This document shows positions 39,024-50,700 of a stretch of 64,000 nucleotides of DNA, in pieces. This DNA comes from Lingula anatina. Taxonomy: Eukaryota; Animalia; Brachiopoda. Each line of letters opens with the position of its first letter. The stretch's first letter is position 1. The DNA lies in the NCBI GenBank assembly GCA_051362555.1, contig CM120641.1, forward strand, positions 29,332,401-29,396,400, read 5' to 3'. Both the position numbers and the translations under genes were made by a program. The notes beneath the pieces are model-generated. The model was not told where the DNA came from. It ran no database searches and saw only the letters and a list, made by a program, of their open reading frames with translations.

Positions 39024-41200
39024 CTCATTCTTTTTTGTTACGTTAAAATGATACATACGTTACCGATACATACGTTACCATAAAGCGTGTAAATATTTAT
39101 TTATTCTATTTTCATTGGTTGCCTTTCGTTTTGTGGGCCAACACTTATGTCTCGGTATGTATCGGTAACGTATGTAGATCTTCAAAGATGCATCAATATA
39201 TATATACTTCTATGGTAACGTATGTATCGGTAACGTATGTATCATTTTAACGTAACAAAGAAGAATGAGCGCCGTGAAAACATGCGTGCGCACATATACA
39301 ACGTCGCACGTACAAAGTCGTGACAACAGAGAACAATCAATGAATATAGAAAACAACATGTTCATATTTTTGGTCAAGTATGTATCGGTAACGTATGTAT
39401 CATATGAACAGTTTTCACAGAAGGCAAGAGATCATTTTTGTCCCGTTTTCTTTTATTGTAATGTAACATTAAGACATAGGCCTACATGTACCAAATGGCA
39501 TCGTTCGCCCTCTAATATACCAAAAATTTTAGGCCCCTTCAGCGGCCCCGAACTTTATCTCATGAAATGTGTACAATATATTTAATATCAAACAACAGAT
39601 ACGGGCTCATTGCAGCTTTAATAATATATTCCTTATTTCTAACACATTGGCCATTAGTGCCTGACGCTGTTCCCCTCGTCCATTAGATCGCTGTGCCAAA
39701 CACCACGAAATTCATCGGTTAAATAACTTAAGCTTATTTTTTACATCTATAGATGTAACGAAACGTAGGGTCCGGTATAACAGAGAGTCCGGGGACACTC
39801 TATATTAAGATTATTCAGGGTCCGGAGGGAGATACTGGTCAAGCGGTTACCGGCAACCGACTTGCTTCTCGGGACCGTGCTACGCCCCGGCTGCTTTTAA
39901 GAAGCTCGTGGGCCTCTCGCCAGGGCAGCCACTGAATCGCCTTCGCCTCACAGTGAGAGAGACTTCTGCTTCGCCACGGATAGTCTTGCTCGAGCCTTGC
40001 CCGAGTGTCCGAGCTCCACTGCTCTCCACATATGTATAGTGCCGGCATTTGACTATTCGCTCGCAGCGACCAGATAAAAGTCGAGACGGCCAGGCGTAAA
40101 CCGCATTTTTTATGGCACCGTAACGAGAAGGCAGTTTTGATAAACGTTCAAGGGGCTTCGAAGCGCCTCGGCAGTGGAGGGCAGACCGGGTATTGAGTTT
40201 AACGGTCTTTGCCTGGCCTCCTGCCGGTGAATGGCAACTTGTACAGGTATGTCCCGGCTGAGGATCGAACCCGCGCCCTACCGCACCGGAGGCGAGCACT
40301 CTACCGCTTAAGCCATCCGCCCAGAGACCGCGGCGAGGAGGCAGTCCTGATCGTCGTTCAAGGATCGCCCCAAGCCGCCGTGAACGGCAGACACCTCGTA
40401 CTTTTCGGGGCCCGTAGGCGGAGGACCCCAGAATCGAACGCGGGCCGTCACCTCCTTGGGAGGGCGGCCTCAGCTCTACAGACATGCTGGTCAAGCGGTT
40501 ACCGGCAACCGACTTGCTTCTCGGGACCGTGCTACGCCCGGGCTGCTTTTAAGAAGCTCGGGGGCCTCTCGACCGGGTTGAGCCAAGGGGCACGGAGAGC
40601 CCTCCTCCCTTCGTCGACCGACAGGGAGTTCCCACCGACTTCATTTTTACCGTCAAGGGTCGGTAACGGTGTCGCGCCCCAAGCCGCCGTGAACGGCAGA
40701 CACCTTTTCGGGGCCTGTAGGCGGAGGACCCCAGAATCGAACGCAGACCGTCACCTCCTTGCGAGGGCGGCCTCAGCTCTACGGACATGCTGGTCAAGCG
40801 GTTACCGGCAACCGACTTCCTTCTCGGGACCGTGCTACGCCCCGGCCGCTTTTAAGAAGCTCGTGGGCCTCTCGCCCGGGTAGCCACTGAATCGCCTTCG
40901 CCTCACAGTGAGAGAGACTTCTGCTTCGCCACGGACAGTCTTGCTCGAGCCTTGCCCGAGTGTCCGAGCTCCACTGCTCTCCACATATGTATAGTGCCGG
41001 CATTTGACTATTCGCTCGCAGCGACCAGATAAAAGTCGAGACGGCCAGGCGTAAACCTCATTTTTTATGGCACCGTAACGAGAAGGCAGTTTTGATAAAC
41101 GTTCAAGGGGCTTCGAAGCGCCTCGGCAGTGGAGGGCAGACCGGGTATTGAGTTTAACGGTCTTTGCCTGGCCTCCTGCCGGTGAATGGCAACTTGTACA

Positions 41201-41277
41201 GGTATGTCCCGGCTGAGGATCGAACCCGCGCCCTACCGCACCGGAGGCGAGCACTCTACCGCTTAAGCCATCCGCCC
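41201..41277 (-). ncRNA. tRNA-derived (SINE2-type) Pol III head, one per array unit; not a functional tRNA
   Basis: A box tggcttaagcgg and B box ggttcgatcc at tRNA spacing; anticodon-like loop ctccggt (CCG); acceptor and T stems do not pair; followed by gggacatacc as in invertebrate tRNA-SINE heads. Confidence 0.75.
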
Positions 41278-41603
41278 AGAGACCGCGGCGAGGAGGCAGT
41301 CCTGATCGTCGTTCAAGGGACACCGCCCTAGAGGCCTGATTGGGCTTAACGGTCTCTGCCCGGGTTTCCGATGAACGGCGACTTGCCTCGAACCGCATTT
41401 TATAACGCTTCGGTAATTTGAACCGTATTTTTTTTTTTGTTTTCCGATCATGAGCCGTATTTTTAATGCGTGGCCTGATTTTCTTACCAGACTAGTGCGT
41501 GAACCGTATTTTTTCACGAATTTTTTACGAGAATAATAATAAAAAAATGATAAAGAAAAGCGGTCTTTCAAGACCAGGTTGCGTACAGTGGACATATTTC
41601 CTT

Positions 41604-41665
41604 AAGGCAGACATTTGAAAGATACGTCGCCGGCTCGAGGCCACGCGATCAGCCCAAAGGTATCC
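41604..41665 (-). pseudogene. Internal 18S rRNA fragment (end of the V2 region), fused to the 5' fragment in each unit
   Basis: ggatacctttgggctgatcgcgtggcctcgagccggcgacgtatctttcaaatgtctgcctta versus metazoan 18S ggataactttgggctgatcgca.ggcctcg.gccggcgacgtatctttcaaatgtctgccctatc (recalled consensus). Confidence 0.9.
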
Positions 41666-41669
41666 CGGG

Positions 41670-41721
41670 TATTGCTTAATCTTTGGACAAGCATATGACT
41701 ACTGGCAGAATCGACCAGATA
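41670..41721 (-). pseudogene. 18S rRNA 5'-end fragment (~52 nt), repeated in each array unit
   Basis: Minus strand tatctggtcgattctgccagtagtcatatgcttgtccaaagattaagcaatac versus the conserved 18S start tacctggttgatcctgccagtagtcatatgcttgtctcaaagattaagccatgc. Confidence 0.93.
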
Positions 41722-44700
41722 GCTAGTCGGTCTTTCGGAGCACGCCGGGCACTCGGGCCTCGTCGCTGCGACAGCTATACTTTTTTTTTTTTTATTTTTA
41801 CCCGACGCCCGGGGGACCAGGCCAGTCGGGTTGAGCCAAGGGGCACGGAGAGCCCTCCTCCCTCCGTCGACCGACAGGGAATTCCCACCGACTTCATTTT
41901 TACCGTCAAGGGTCGGTAACGGTGTCGAGCCCCAAGCCGCCGTGAACGGCAGACACCTTTTCGAGGCCTGTAGGCGGAGGACCCCAGAATTGAACGCGGG
42001 CCGTCACCTCCTTGGGAGGGCGGCCTCAGCTCTACAGACATGCTGGTCAAGCGGTTACCGGCAACCGACTTGCTTCTCGGGACCGTGCTACGCCCGGGCT
42101 GCTTTTAAGAAGCTCGGGGGCCTCTCGACCGGGTTCAGCCAAGGGGCACGGAGAGCCCTCCTCCCTTCGTCGACCGACAGGGAGTTCCCACCGACTTCAT
42201 TTTTACCGTCAAGGGTCGGTAACGGTGTCGCGCCCCAAGCCGCCGTGAACGGCAGACACCTCGTACTTTTCGGGGCCCGTAGGCGGAGGACCCCAGAATC
42301 GAACGCGGGCCGTCACCTCCTTGGGAGGGCGCCCTCAGCTCTACAGACATGCTGGTCAAGCGGTTACCGGCAACCGACTTGCTTCTCGGGACCGTGCTAC
42401 GCCCGGGCTGCTTTTAAGAAGCTCGGGGGCCTCTCGACCGGGTTCAGCCAAGGGGCACGGAGAGCCCTCCTCCCTTCGTCGACCGACAGGGAGTTCCCAC
42501 CGACTTCATTTTTACCGTCAAGGGTCGGTAACGGTGTCGCGCCCCAAGCCGCCGTGAACGGCAGACACCTTTTCGGGGCCTGTAGGCGGAGGACCCCAGA
42601 ATCGAACGCGGACCGTCACCTCCTTGCGAGGGCGGCCTCAGCTCTACGGACATGCTGGTCAAGCGGTTACCGGCAACCGACTTCCTTCTCGGGACTGTGC
42701 TACGCCCCGGCCGCTTTTAAGAAGCTCGTGGGCCTCTCGCCCAGGTAGCCACTGAATCGCCTTCGCCTCACAGTGAGAGAGACTTCTGCTTCGCCACGGA
42801 CAGTCTTGCTCGAGCCTTGCCCGAGTGTCCGAGCTCCACTGCTCTCCACATATGTATAGTGCCGGCATTTGACTATTCGCTCGCAGCGACCAGATAAAAG
42901 TCGAGACGGCCAGGCGTAAACCGCATTTTTTATGGCACCGTAACGAGAAGGCAGTTTTGATAAACGTTCAAGGGGCTTCGAAGCGCCTCGGCAGTGGAGG
43001 GCAGACCGGGTATTGAGTTTAACGGTCTTTGCCTGGCCTCCTGCCGGTGAATGGCAACTTGTACAGGTATGTCCCGGCTGAGGATCGAACCCGCGCCCTA
43101 CCGCACCGGAGGCGTGCACTCTACCGCTTAAGCCATCCGCCCAGAGACCGCGGCGAGGAGGCAGTCCTGATCGTCGTTCAAGGGACACCGCCCTAGAGGC
43201 CTGATTGGGCTTAACGGTCTCTGCCCGGGTTTCCGATGAACGGCGACTTGCCTCGAACCGCATTTTATAACGCTTCGGTAATTTGAACCGTATTTTTTTT
43301 TTGTTTTCCGATCATGAGCCGTATTTTTAATGCGTGGACTGATTTTCTTACCAGACTAGTGCGTGAACCGTATTTTTTCACGAATTTTTTACGATAATAA
43401 TAATAAAAAAATGATAAAGAAAAGCGGTCTTTCAAGACCAGGTTGCGTACAGTGGACATATTTCCTTAAGGCAGACATTTGAAAGATACGTCGCCGGCTC
43501 GAGGCCACGCGATCAGCCCAAAGGTATCCCGGGTATTGCTTAATCTTTGGACAAGCATATGACTACTGGCAGAATCGACCAGATAGCTAGTCGGTCTTTC
43601 GGAGCACGCCGGGCACTCGGGCCTCGTCGCTGCGACAGCTATACTTTTTTTTTTTTTTTTTTACCCGACGCCCGGGGGACCAGGCCAGTCGGGTTGAGCC
43701 AAGGGGCACGGAGAGCCCTCCTCCCTCCGTCGACCGACAGGGAATTCCCACCGACTTCATTTTTACCGTCAAGGGTCGGTAACGGTGTCGAGCCCCAAGC
43801 CGCCGTGAACGGCAGACACCTTTTCGGGGCCTGTAGGCGGAGGACCCCAGAATTGAACGCGGGCCGTCACCTCCTTGGGAGGGCGGCCTCAGCTCTACAG
43901 ACATGCTGGTCAAGCGGTTACCGGCAACCGACTTGCTTCTCGGGACCGTGCTACGCCCGGGCTGCTTTTAAGAAGCTCGGGGGCCTCTCGACCGGGTTCA
44001 GCCAAGGGGCACGGAGAGCCCTCCTCCCTTCGTCGACCGACAGGGAGTTCCCACCGACTTCATTTTTACCGTCAAGGGTCGGTAACGGTGTCGCGCCCCA
44101 AGCCGCCGTGAACGGCAGACACCTCGTACTTTTCGGGGCCCGTAGGCGGAGGACCCCAGAATCGAACGCGGGCCGTCACCTCCTTGGGAGGGCGCCCTCA
44201 GCTCTACAGACATGCTGGTCAAGCGGTTACCGGCAACCGACTTGCTTCTCGGGACCGTGCTACGCCCGGGCTGCTTTTAAGAAGCTCGGGGGCCTCTCAA
44301 CCGGGTTGAACCAAGGGGCACGGAGAGCCCTCCTCCCTTCGTCGACCGACAGGGAGTTCCCACCGACTTCATTTTTACCGTCAAGGGTCGGTAACGGTGT
44401 CGCGCCTCAAGCCGCCGTGAACGGCAGACACCTTTTCGGGGCCTGTAGGCGGAGGACCCCAGAATCGAACGCGGACCGTCACCTCCTTGCGAGGGCGGCC
44501 TCAGCTCTACGGACATGCTGGTCAAGCGGTTACCGGCAACCGACTTCCTTCTCGGGACCGTGCAACGCCCCGGCTGCTTTTAAGAAGCTCGTGGGCCTCT
44601 CGCCCGGGCAGCCACTGAATCGCCTTCGCCTCACAGTGAGAGAGACTTCTGCTTCGCCACGGACAGTCTTGCTCGAGCCTTGCCCGAGTGTCCGAGCTCC

Positions 44701-47700
44701 ACTGCTCTCCACATATGTATAGTGCCGGCATTTGACTGTTCGCTCGCAGCGACCAGATAAAAGTCGAGACGGCCAGGCGTAAACCGCATTTTTTATGGCA
44801 CCGTAACGAGAAGGCAGTTTTGATAAACGTTCAAGGGGCTTCGAAGCGCCTCGGCAGTGGAGGGCAGACCGGGTATTGAGTTTAACGGTCTTTGCCTGGC
44901 CTCCTGCCGGTGAATGGCAACTTGTACAGGTATGTCCCGGCTGAGGATCGAACCCGCGCCCTACCGCACCGGAGGCGAGCACTCTACCGCTTAAGCCATC
45001 CGCCCAGAGACCGCGGCGAGGAGGCAGTCCTGATCGTCGTTCAAGGGACACCGCCCTAGAGGCCTGATTGGGCTTAACGGTCTCTGCCCGGGTTTCCGAT
45101 GAACGGCGACTTGCCTCGAACCGCATTTTATAACGCTTCGGTAATTTGAACCGTATTTTTTTTTTTGTTTTCCGATCATGAGCCGTATTTTTAATGCGTG
45201 GCCTGATTTTCTTACCAGACTAGTGCGTGAACCGTATTTTTTCACGAATTTTTTACGAGAATAATAATAAAAAAATGATAAAGAAAAGCGGTCTTTCAAG
45301 ACCAGGTTGCGTACAGTGGACATATTTCCTTAAGGCAGACATTTGAAAGATACGTCGCCGGCTCGAGGCCACGCGATCAGCCCAAAGGTATCCCGGGTAT
45401 TGCTTAATCTTTGGACAAGCATATGACTACTGGCAGAATCGACCAGATAGCTAGTCGGTCTTTCGGAGCACGCCGGGCACTCGGGCCTCGTCGCTGCGAC
45501 AGCTATACTTTTTTTTTTTTTATTTTTACCCGACGCCCGGGGGACCAGGCCAGTCGGGTTGAGCCAAGGGGCACGGAGAGCCCTCCTCCCTCCGTCGACC
45601 GACAGGGAATTCCCACCGACTTCATTTTTACCGTCAAGGGTCGGTAACGGTGTCGAGCCCCAAGCCGCCGTGAACGGCAGACACCTTTTCGGGGCCTGTA
45701 GGCGGAGGACCCCAGAATTGAACGCGGGCCGTCACCTCCTTGGGAGGGCGGCCTCAGCTCTACAGACATGCTGGTCAAGCGGTTACCGGCAACCGACTTG
45801 CTTCTCGGGACCGTGCTACGCCCGGGCTGCTTTTAAGAAGCTCGGGGGCCTCTCGACCGGGTTGAGCCAAGGGGCACGGAGAGCCCTCCTCCCTTCGTCG
45901 ACCGACAGGGAGTTCCCACCGACTTCATTTTTACCGTCAAGGGTCGGTAACGGTGTCGCGCCCCAAGCCGCCGTGAACGGCAGACACCTCGTACTTTTCG
46001 GGGCCCGTAGGCGGAGGACCCCAGAATCGAACGCGGGCCGTCACCTCCTTGGGAGGGCGCCCTCAGCTCTACAGACATGCTGGTCAAGCGGTTACCGGCA
46101 ACCGACTTGCTTCTCGGGACCGTGCTACGCCCGGGCTGCTTTTAAGAAGCTCGGGGGCCTCTCGACCGGGTTCAGCCAAGGGGCACGGAGAGCCCTCCTC
46201 CCTTCGTCGACCGACAGGGAGTTCCCACCGACTTCATTTTTAACGTCAAGGGTCGGTAACGGTGTCGCGCCCCAAGCCGCCGTGAACGGCAGACACCTCG
46301 TACTTTTCGGGGCCCGTAGGCGGAGGACCCCAGAATCGAACGCGGGCCGTCACCTCCTTGGGAGGGCGGCCTCAGCTCTATAGACATGCTGGTCAAGCGG
46401 TTACCGGCAACCGACTTGCTTCTCGGGACCGTGCTACGCCCGGGCTGCTTTTAAGAAGCTCGGGGGCCTCTCGACCGGGTTGAGCCAAGGGGCACGGAGA
46501 GCCCTCCTCCCTTCGTCGACCGACAGGGAGTTCCCACCGACTTCATTTTTACCGTCAAGGGTCGGTAACGGTGTCGCGCCCCAAGCCGCCGGGAACGGCA
46601 GACACCTCGTACGTTTCGGGGCCCGTTGGCGGAGGACCCCAGAATCGAACGCGGACCGTCACCTCCTTGCGAGGGCGGCCTCAGCTCTACGGACATGCTG
46701 GTCAAGCGGTTACCGGCAACCGACTTGCTTCTCGGGACCGTGCTACGCCCCGGCTGCTTTTAAGAAGCTCGTGGGCCTCTCGCCCGGGCAGCCACTGAAT
46801 CGCCTTCGCCTCACGGTGAGAGAGACTTCTGCTTCGCCACGGATAGTCTTGCTCAAGCCTTGCCCGAGTGTCCGAGCTCCACTGCTCTCCACATATGTAT
46901 AGTGCCGGCATTTGACTATTCGCTCGCAGCGACCAGATAAAAGTCGAGACGGCCAGGCGTAAACCGCATTTTTTATGGCACCGTAACGAGAAGGCAGTTT
47001 TGATAAACGTTCAAGGGGCTTCGAAGCGCCTCGGCAGTGGAGGGCAGACCGGGTATTGAGTTTAACGGTCTTTGCCTGGCCTCCTGTCGGTGAATGGCAA
47101 CTTTTACAGGTATGTCCCGGCTGAGGATCGAACCCGCGCCCTACCGCACCGGAGGCGAGCACTCTACCGCTTAAGCCATCCGCCCAGAGACCGCGGCGAG
47201 GAGGCAGTCCTGATCGTCGTTCAAGGGACACCGCCCTAGAGGCCTGATTGGGCTTAACGGTCTCTGCCCGGGTTTCCGATGAACGGCGACTTGCCTCGAA
47301 CCGCATTTTATAACGCTTCGGTAATTTGAACCGTATTTTTTTTTTTGTTTTCCGATCATGAGCCGTATTTTTAATGCGTGGCCTGATTTTCTTACCAGAC
47401 TAGTGCGTGAACCGTATTTTTTCACGAATTTTTTACGAGAATAATAATAAAAAAATGATAAAGAAAAGCGGTCTTTCAAGACCAGGTTGCGTACAGTGGA
47501 CATATTTCCTTAAGGCAGACATTTGAAAGATACGTCGCCGGCTCGAGGCCACGCGATCAGCCCAAAGGTATCCCGGGTATTGCTTAATCTTTGGACAAGC
47601 ATATGACTACTGGCAGAATCGACCAGATAGCTAGTCGGTCTTTCGGAGCACGCCGGGCACTCGGGCCTCGTCGCTGCGACAGCTATACATTTTTTTTTTA

Positions 47701-50700
47701 TTTTTACCCGACGCCCGGGGGACCAGGCCAGTCGGGTTGAGCCAAGGGGCACGGAGAGCCCTCCTCCCTCCGTCGACCGACAGGGAATTCCCACCGACTT
47801 CATTTTTACCGTCAAGGGTCGGTAACGGTGTCGAGCCCCAAGCCGCCGTGAACGGCAGACACCTTTTCGGGGCCTGTAGGCGGAGGACCCCAGAATTGAA
47901 CGCGGGCCGTCACCTCCTTGGGAGGGCGGCCTCAGCTCTACAGACATGCTGGTCAAGCGGTTACCGGCAACCGACTTGCTTCTCGGGACCGTGCTACGCC
48001 CGGGCTGCTTTTAAGAAGCTCGGGGGCCTCTCGACCGGGTTCAGCCAAGGGGCACGGAGAGCCCTCCTCCCTTCGTCGACCGACAGGGAGTTCCCACCGA
48101 CTTCATTTTTACCGTCAAGGGTCGGTAACGGTGTCGCGCCCCAAGCCGCCGTGAACGGCAGACACCTCGTACTTTTCGGGGCCCGTAGGCGGAGGACCCC
48201 AGAATCGAACGCGGGCCGTCACCTCCTTGGGAGGGCGCCCTCAGCTCTACAGACATGCTGGTCAAGCGGTTACCGGCAACCGACTTGCTTCTCGGGACCG
48301 TGCTACGCCCGGGCTGCTTTTAAGAAGCTCGGGGGCCTCTCGACCGGGTTGAGCCAAGGGGCACGGAGAGCCCTCCTCCCTTCGTCGACCGACAGGGAGT
48401 TCCCACCGACTTCATTTTTACCGTCAAGGGTCGGTAACGGTGTCGCGCCCCAAGCCGCCGTGAACGGCAGACACCTTTTCGGGGCCTGTAGGCGGAGGAC
48501 CCCAGAATCGAACGCGGACCGTCACCTCCTTGCGAGGGCGGCCTCAGCTCTACGGACATGCTGGTCAAGCGGTTACCGGCAACCGACTTGCTTCTCGGGA
48601 CCGTGCTACGCCCCGGCTGCTTTTAAGAAGCTCGTGGGCCTCTCGCCCGGGCAGCCACTGAATCGCCTTCGCCTCACGGTGAGAGAGACTTCTGCTTCGC
48701 CACGGATAGTCTTGCTCAAGCCTTGCCCGAGTGTCCGAGCTCCACTGCTCTCCACATATGTATAGTGCCGGCATTTGACTATTCGCTCGCAGCGACCAGA
48801 TAAAAGTCGAGACGGCCAGGCGTAAACCGCATTTTTTATGGCACCGTAACGAGAAGGCAGTTTTGATAAACGTTCAAGGGGCTTCGAAGCGCCTCGGCAG
48901 TGGAGGGCAGACCGGGTATTGAGTTTAACGGTCTTTGCCTGGCCTCCTGTCGGTGAATGGCAACTTTTACAGGTATGTCCCGGCTGAGGATCGAACCCGC
49001 GCCCTACCGCACCGGAGGCGAGCACTCTACCGCTTAAGCCATCCGCCCAGAGACCGCGGCGAGGAGGCAGTCCTGATCGTCGTTCAAGGGACACCGCCCT
49101 AGAGGCCTGATTGGGCTTAACGGTCTCTGCCCGGGTTTCCGATGAACGGCGACTTGCCTCGAACCGCATTTTATAACGCTTCGGTAATTTGAACCGTATT
49201 TTTTTTTTTGTTTTCCGATCATGAGCCGTATTTTTAATGCGTGGCCTGATTTTCTTACCAGACTAGTGCGTGAACCGTATTTTTTCACGAATTTTTTACG
49301 AGAATAATAATAAAAAAATGATAAAGAAAAGCGGTCTTTCAAGACCAGGTTGCGTACAGTGGACATATTTCCTTAAGGCAGACATTTGAAAGATACGTCG
49401 CCGGCTCGAGGCCACGCGATCAGCCCAAAGGTATCCCGGGTATTGCTTAATCTTTGGACAAGCATATGACTACTGGCAGAATCGACCAGATAGCTAGTCG
49501 GTCTTTCGGAGCACGCCGGGCACTCGGGCCTCGTCGCTGCGACAGCTATACTTTTTTTTTTTTTATTTTTACCCGACGCCCGGGGGACCAGGCCAGTCGG
49601 GTTGAGCCAAGGGGCACGGAGAGCCCTCCTCCCTCCGTCGACCGACAGGGAATTCCCACCGACTTCATTTTTACCGTCAAGGGTCGGTAACGGTGTCGAG
49701 CCCCAAGCCGCCGTGAACGGCAGACACCTTTTCGAGGCCTGTAGGCGGAGGACCCCAGAATTGAACGCGGGCCGTCACCTCCTTGGGAGGGCGGCCTCAG
49801 CTCTACAGACATGCTGGTCAAGCGGTTACCGGCAACCGACTTGCTTCTCGGGACCGTGCTACGCCCGGGCTGCTTTTAAGAAGCTCGGGGGCCTCTCGAC
49901 CGGGTTCAGCCAAGGGGCACGGAGAGCCCTCCTCCCTTCGTCGACCGACAGGGAGTTCCCACCGACTTCATTTTTACCGTCAAGGGTCGGTAACGGTGTC
50001 GCGCCCCAAGCCGCCGTGAACGGCAGACACCTCGTACTTTTCGGGGCCCGTAGGCGGAGGACCCCAGAATCGAACGCGGGCCGTCACCTCCTTGGGAGGG
50101 CGCCCTCAGCTCTACAGACATGCTGGTCAAGCGGTTACCGGCAACCGACTTGCTTCTCGGGACCGTGCTACGCCCGGGCTGCTTTTAAGAAGCTCGGGGG
50201 CCTCTCGACCGGGTTCAGCCAAGGGGCACGGAGAGCCCTCCTCCCTTCGTCGACCGACAGGGAGTTCCCACCGACTTCATTTTTACCGTCAAGGGTCGGT
50301 AACGGTGTCGCGCCCCAAGCCGCCGTGAACGGCAGACACCTTTTCGGGGCCTGTAGGCGGAGGACCCCAGAATCGAACGCGGACCGTCACCTCCTTGCGA
50401 GGGCGGCCTCAGCTCTACGGACATGCTGGTCAAGCGGTTACCGGCAACCGACTTCCTTCTCGGGACTGTGCTACGCCCCGGCCGCTTTTAAGAAGCTCGT
50501 GGGCCTCTCGCCCAGGTAGCCACTGAATCGCCTTCGCCTCACAGTGAGAGAGACTTCTGCTTCGCCACGGACAGTCTTGCTCGAGCCTTGCCCGAGTGTC
50601 CGAGCTCCACTGCTCTCCACATATGTATAGTGCCGGCATTTGACTATTCGCTCGCAGCGACCAGATAAAAGTCGAGACGGCCAGGCGTAAACCGCATTTT

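Noticed and set aside
41201-41277. Functional tRNA-Arg(CCG) gene array
   Set aside because: Acceptor and T stems do not pair; only the promoter boxes are retained.
41165-41300. HDV-like or hammerhead cores around the tRNA head (gcctcctcgc, ctgagga, ccgatga)
   Set aside because: Required partner strands (P2', GAAA) are missing, and unit variants break the putative stems.
41485-41520. Helitron head-to-tail junction (hairpin cgtgaa/ttcacg then CTAG|TC on the minus strand)
   Set aside because: Hairpin spacing is atypical, a second ctagtc occurs on the other strand, and neither array boundary falls at this point.
41556-41580. Histone 3' stem-loop (ggtctttcaagacc)
   Set aside because: The stem is 5 bp rather than the canonical 6 bp/16 nt, and no histone ORF lies upstream.
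42530-42582. HDV/CPEB3-like ribozyme in the subrepeat (minus strand gccccga-aaa-ggtgtct-gccg-ttcacgg-cggc-ttggggc-gc-gacacc)
   Set aside because: P1, P2, P3 and an L3-like loop can be drawn, but only 2 nt separate P1 from P2, leaving no room for P1.1, P4 and the catalytic C-R-A strand. Not called without a cleavage assay.
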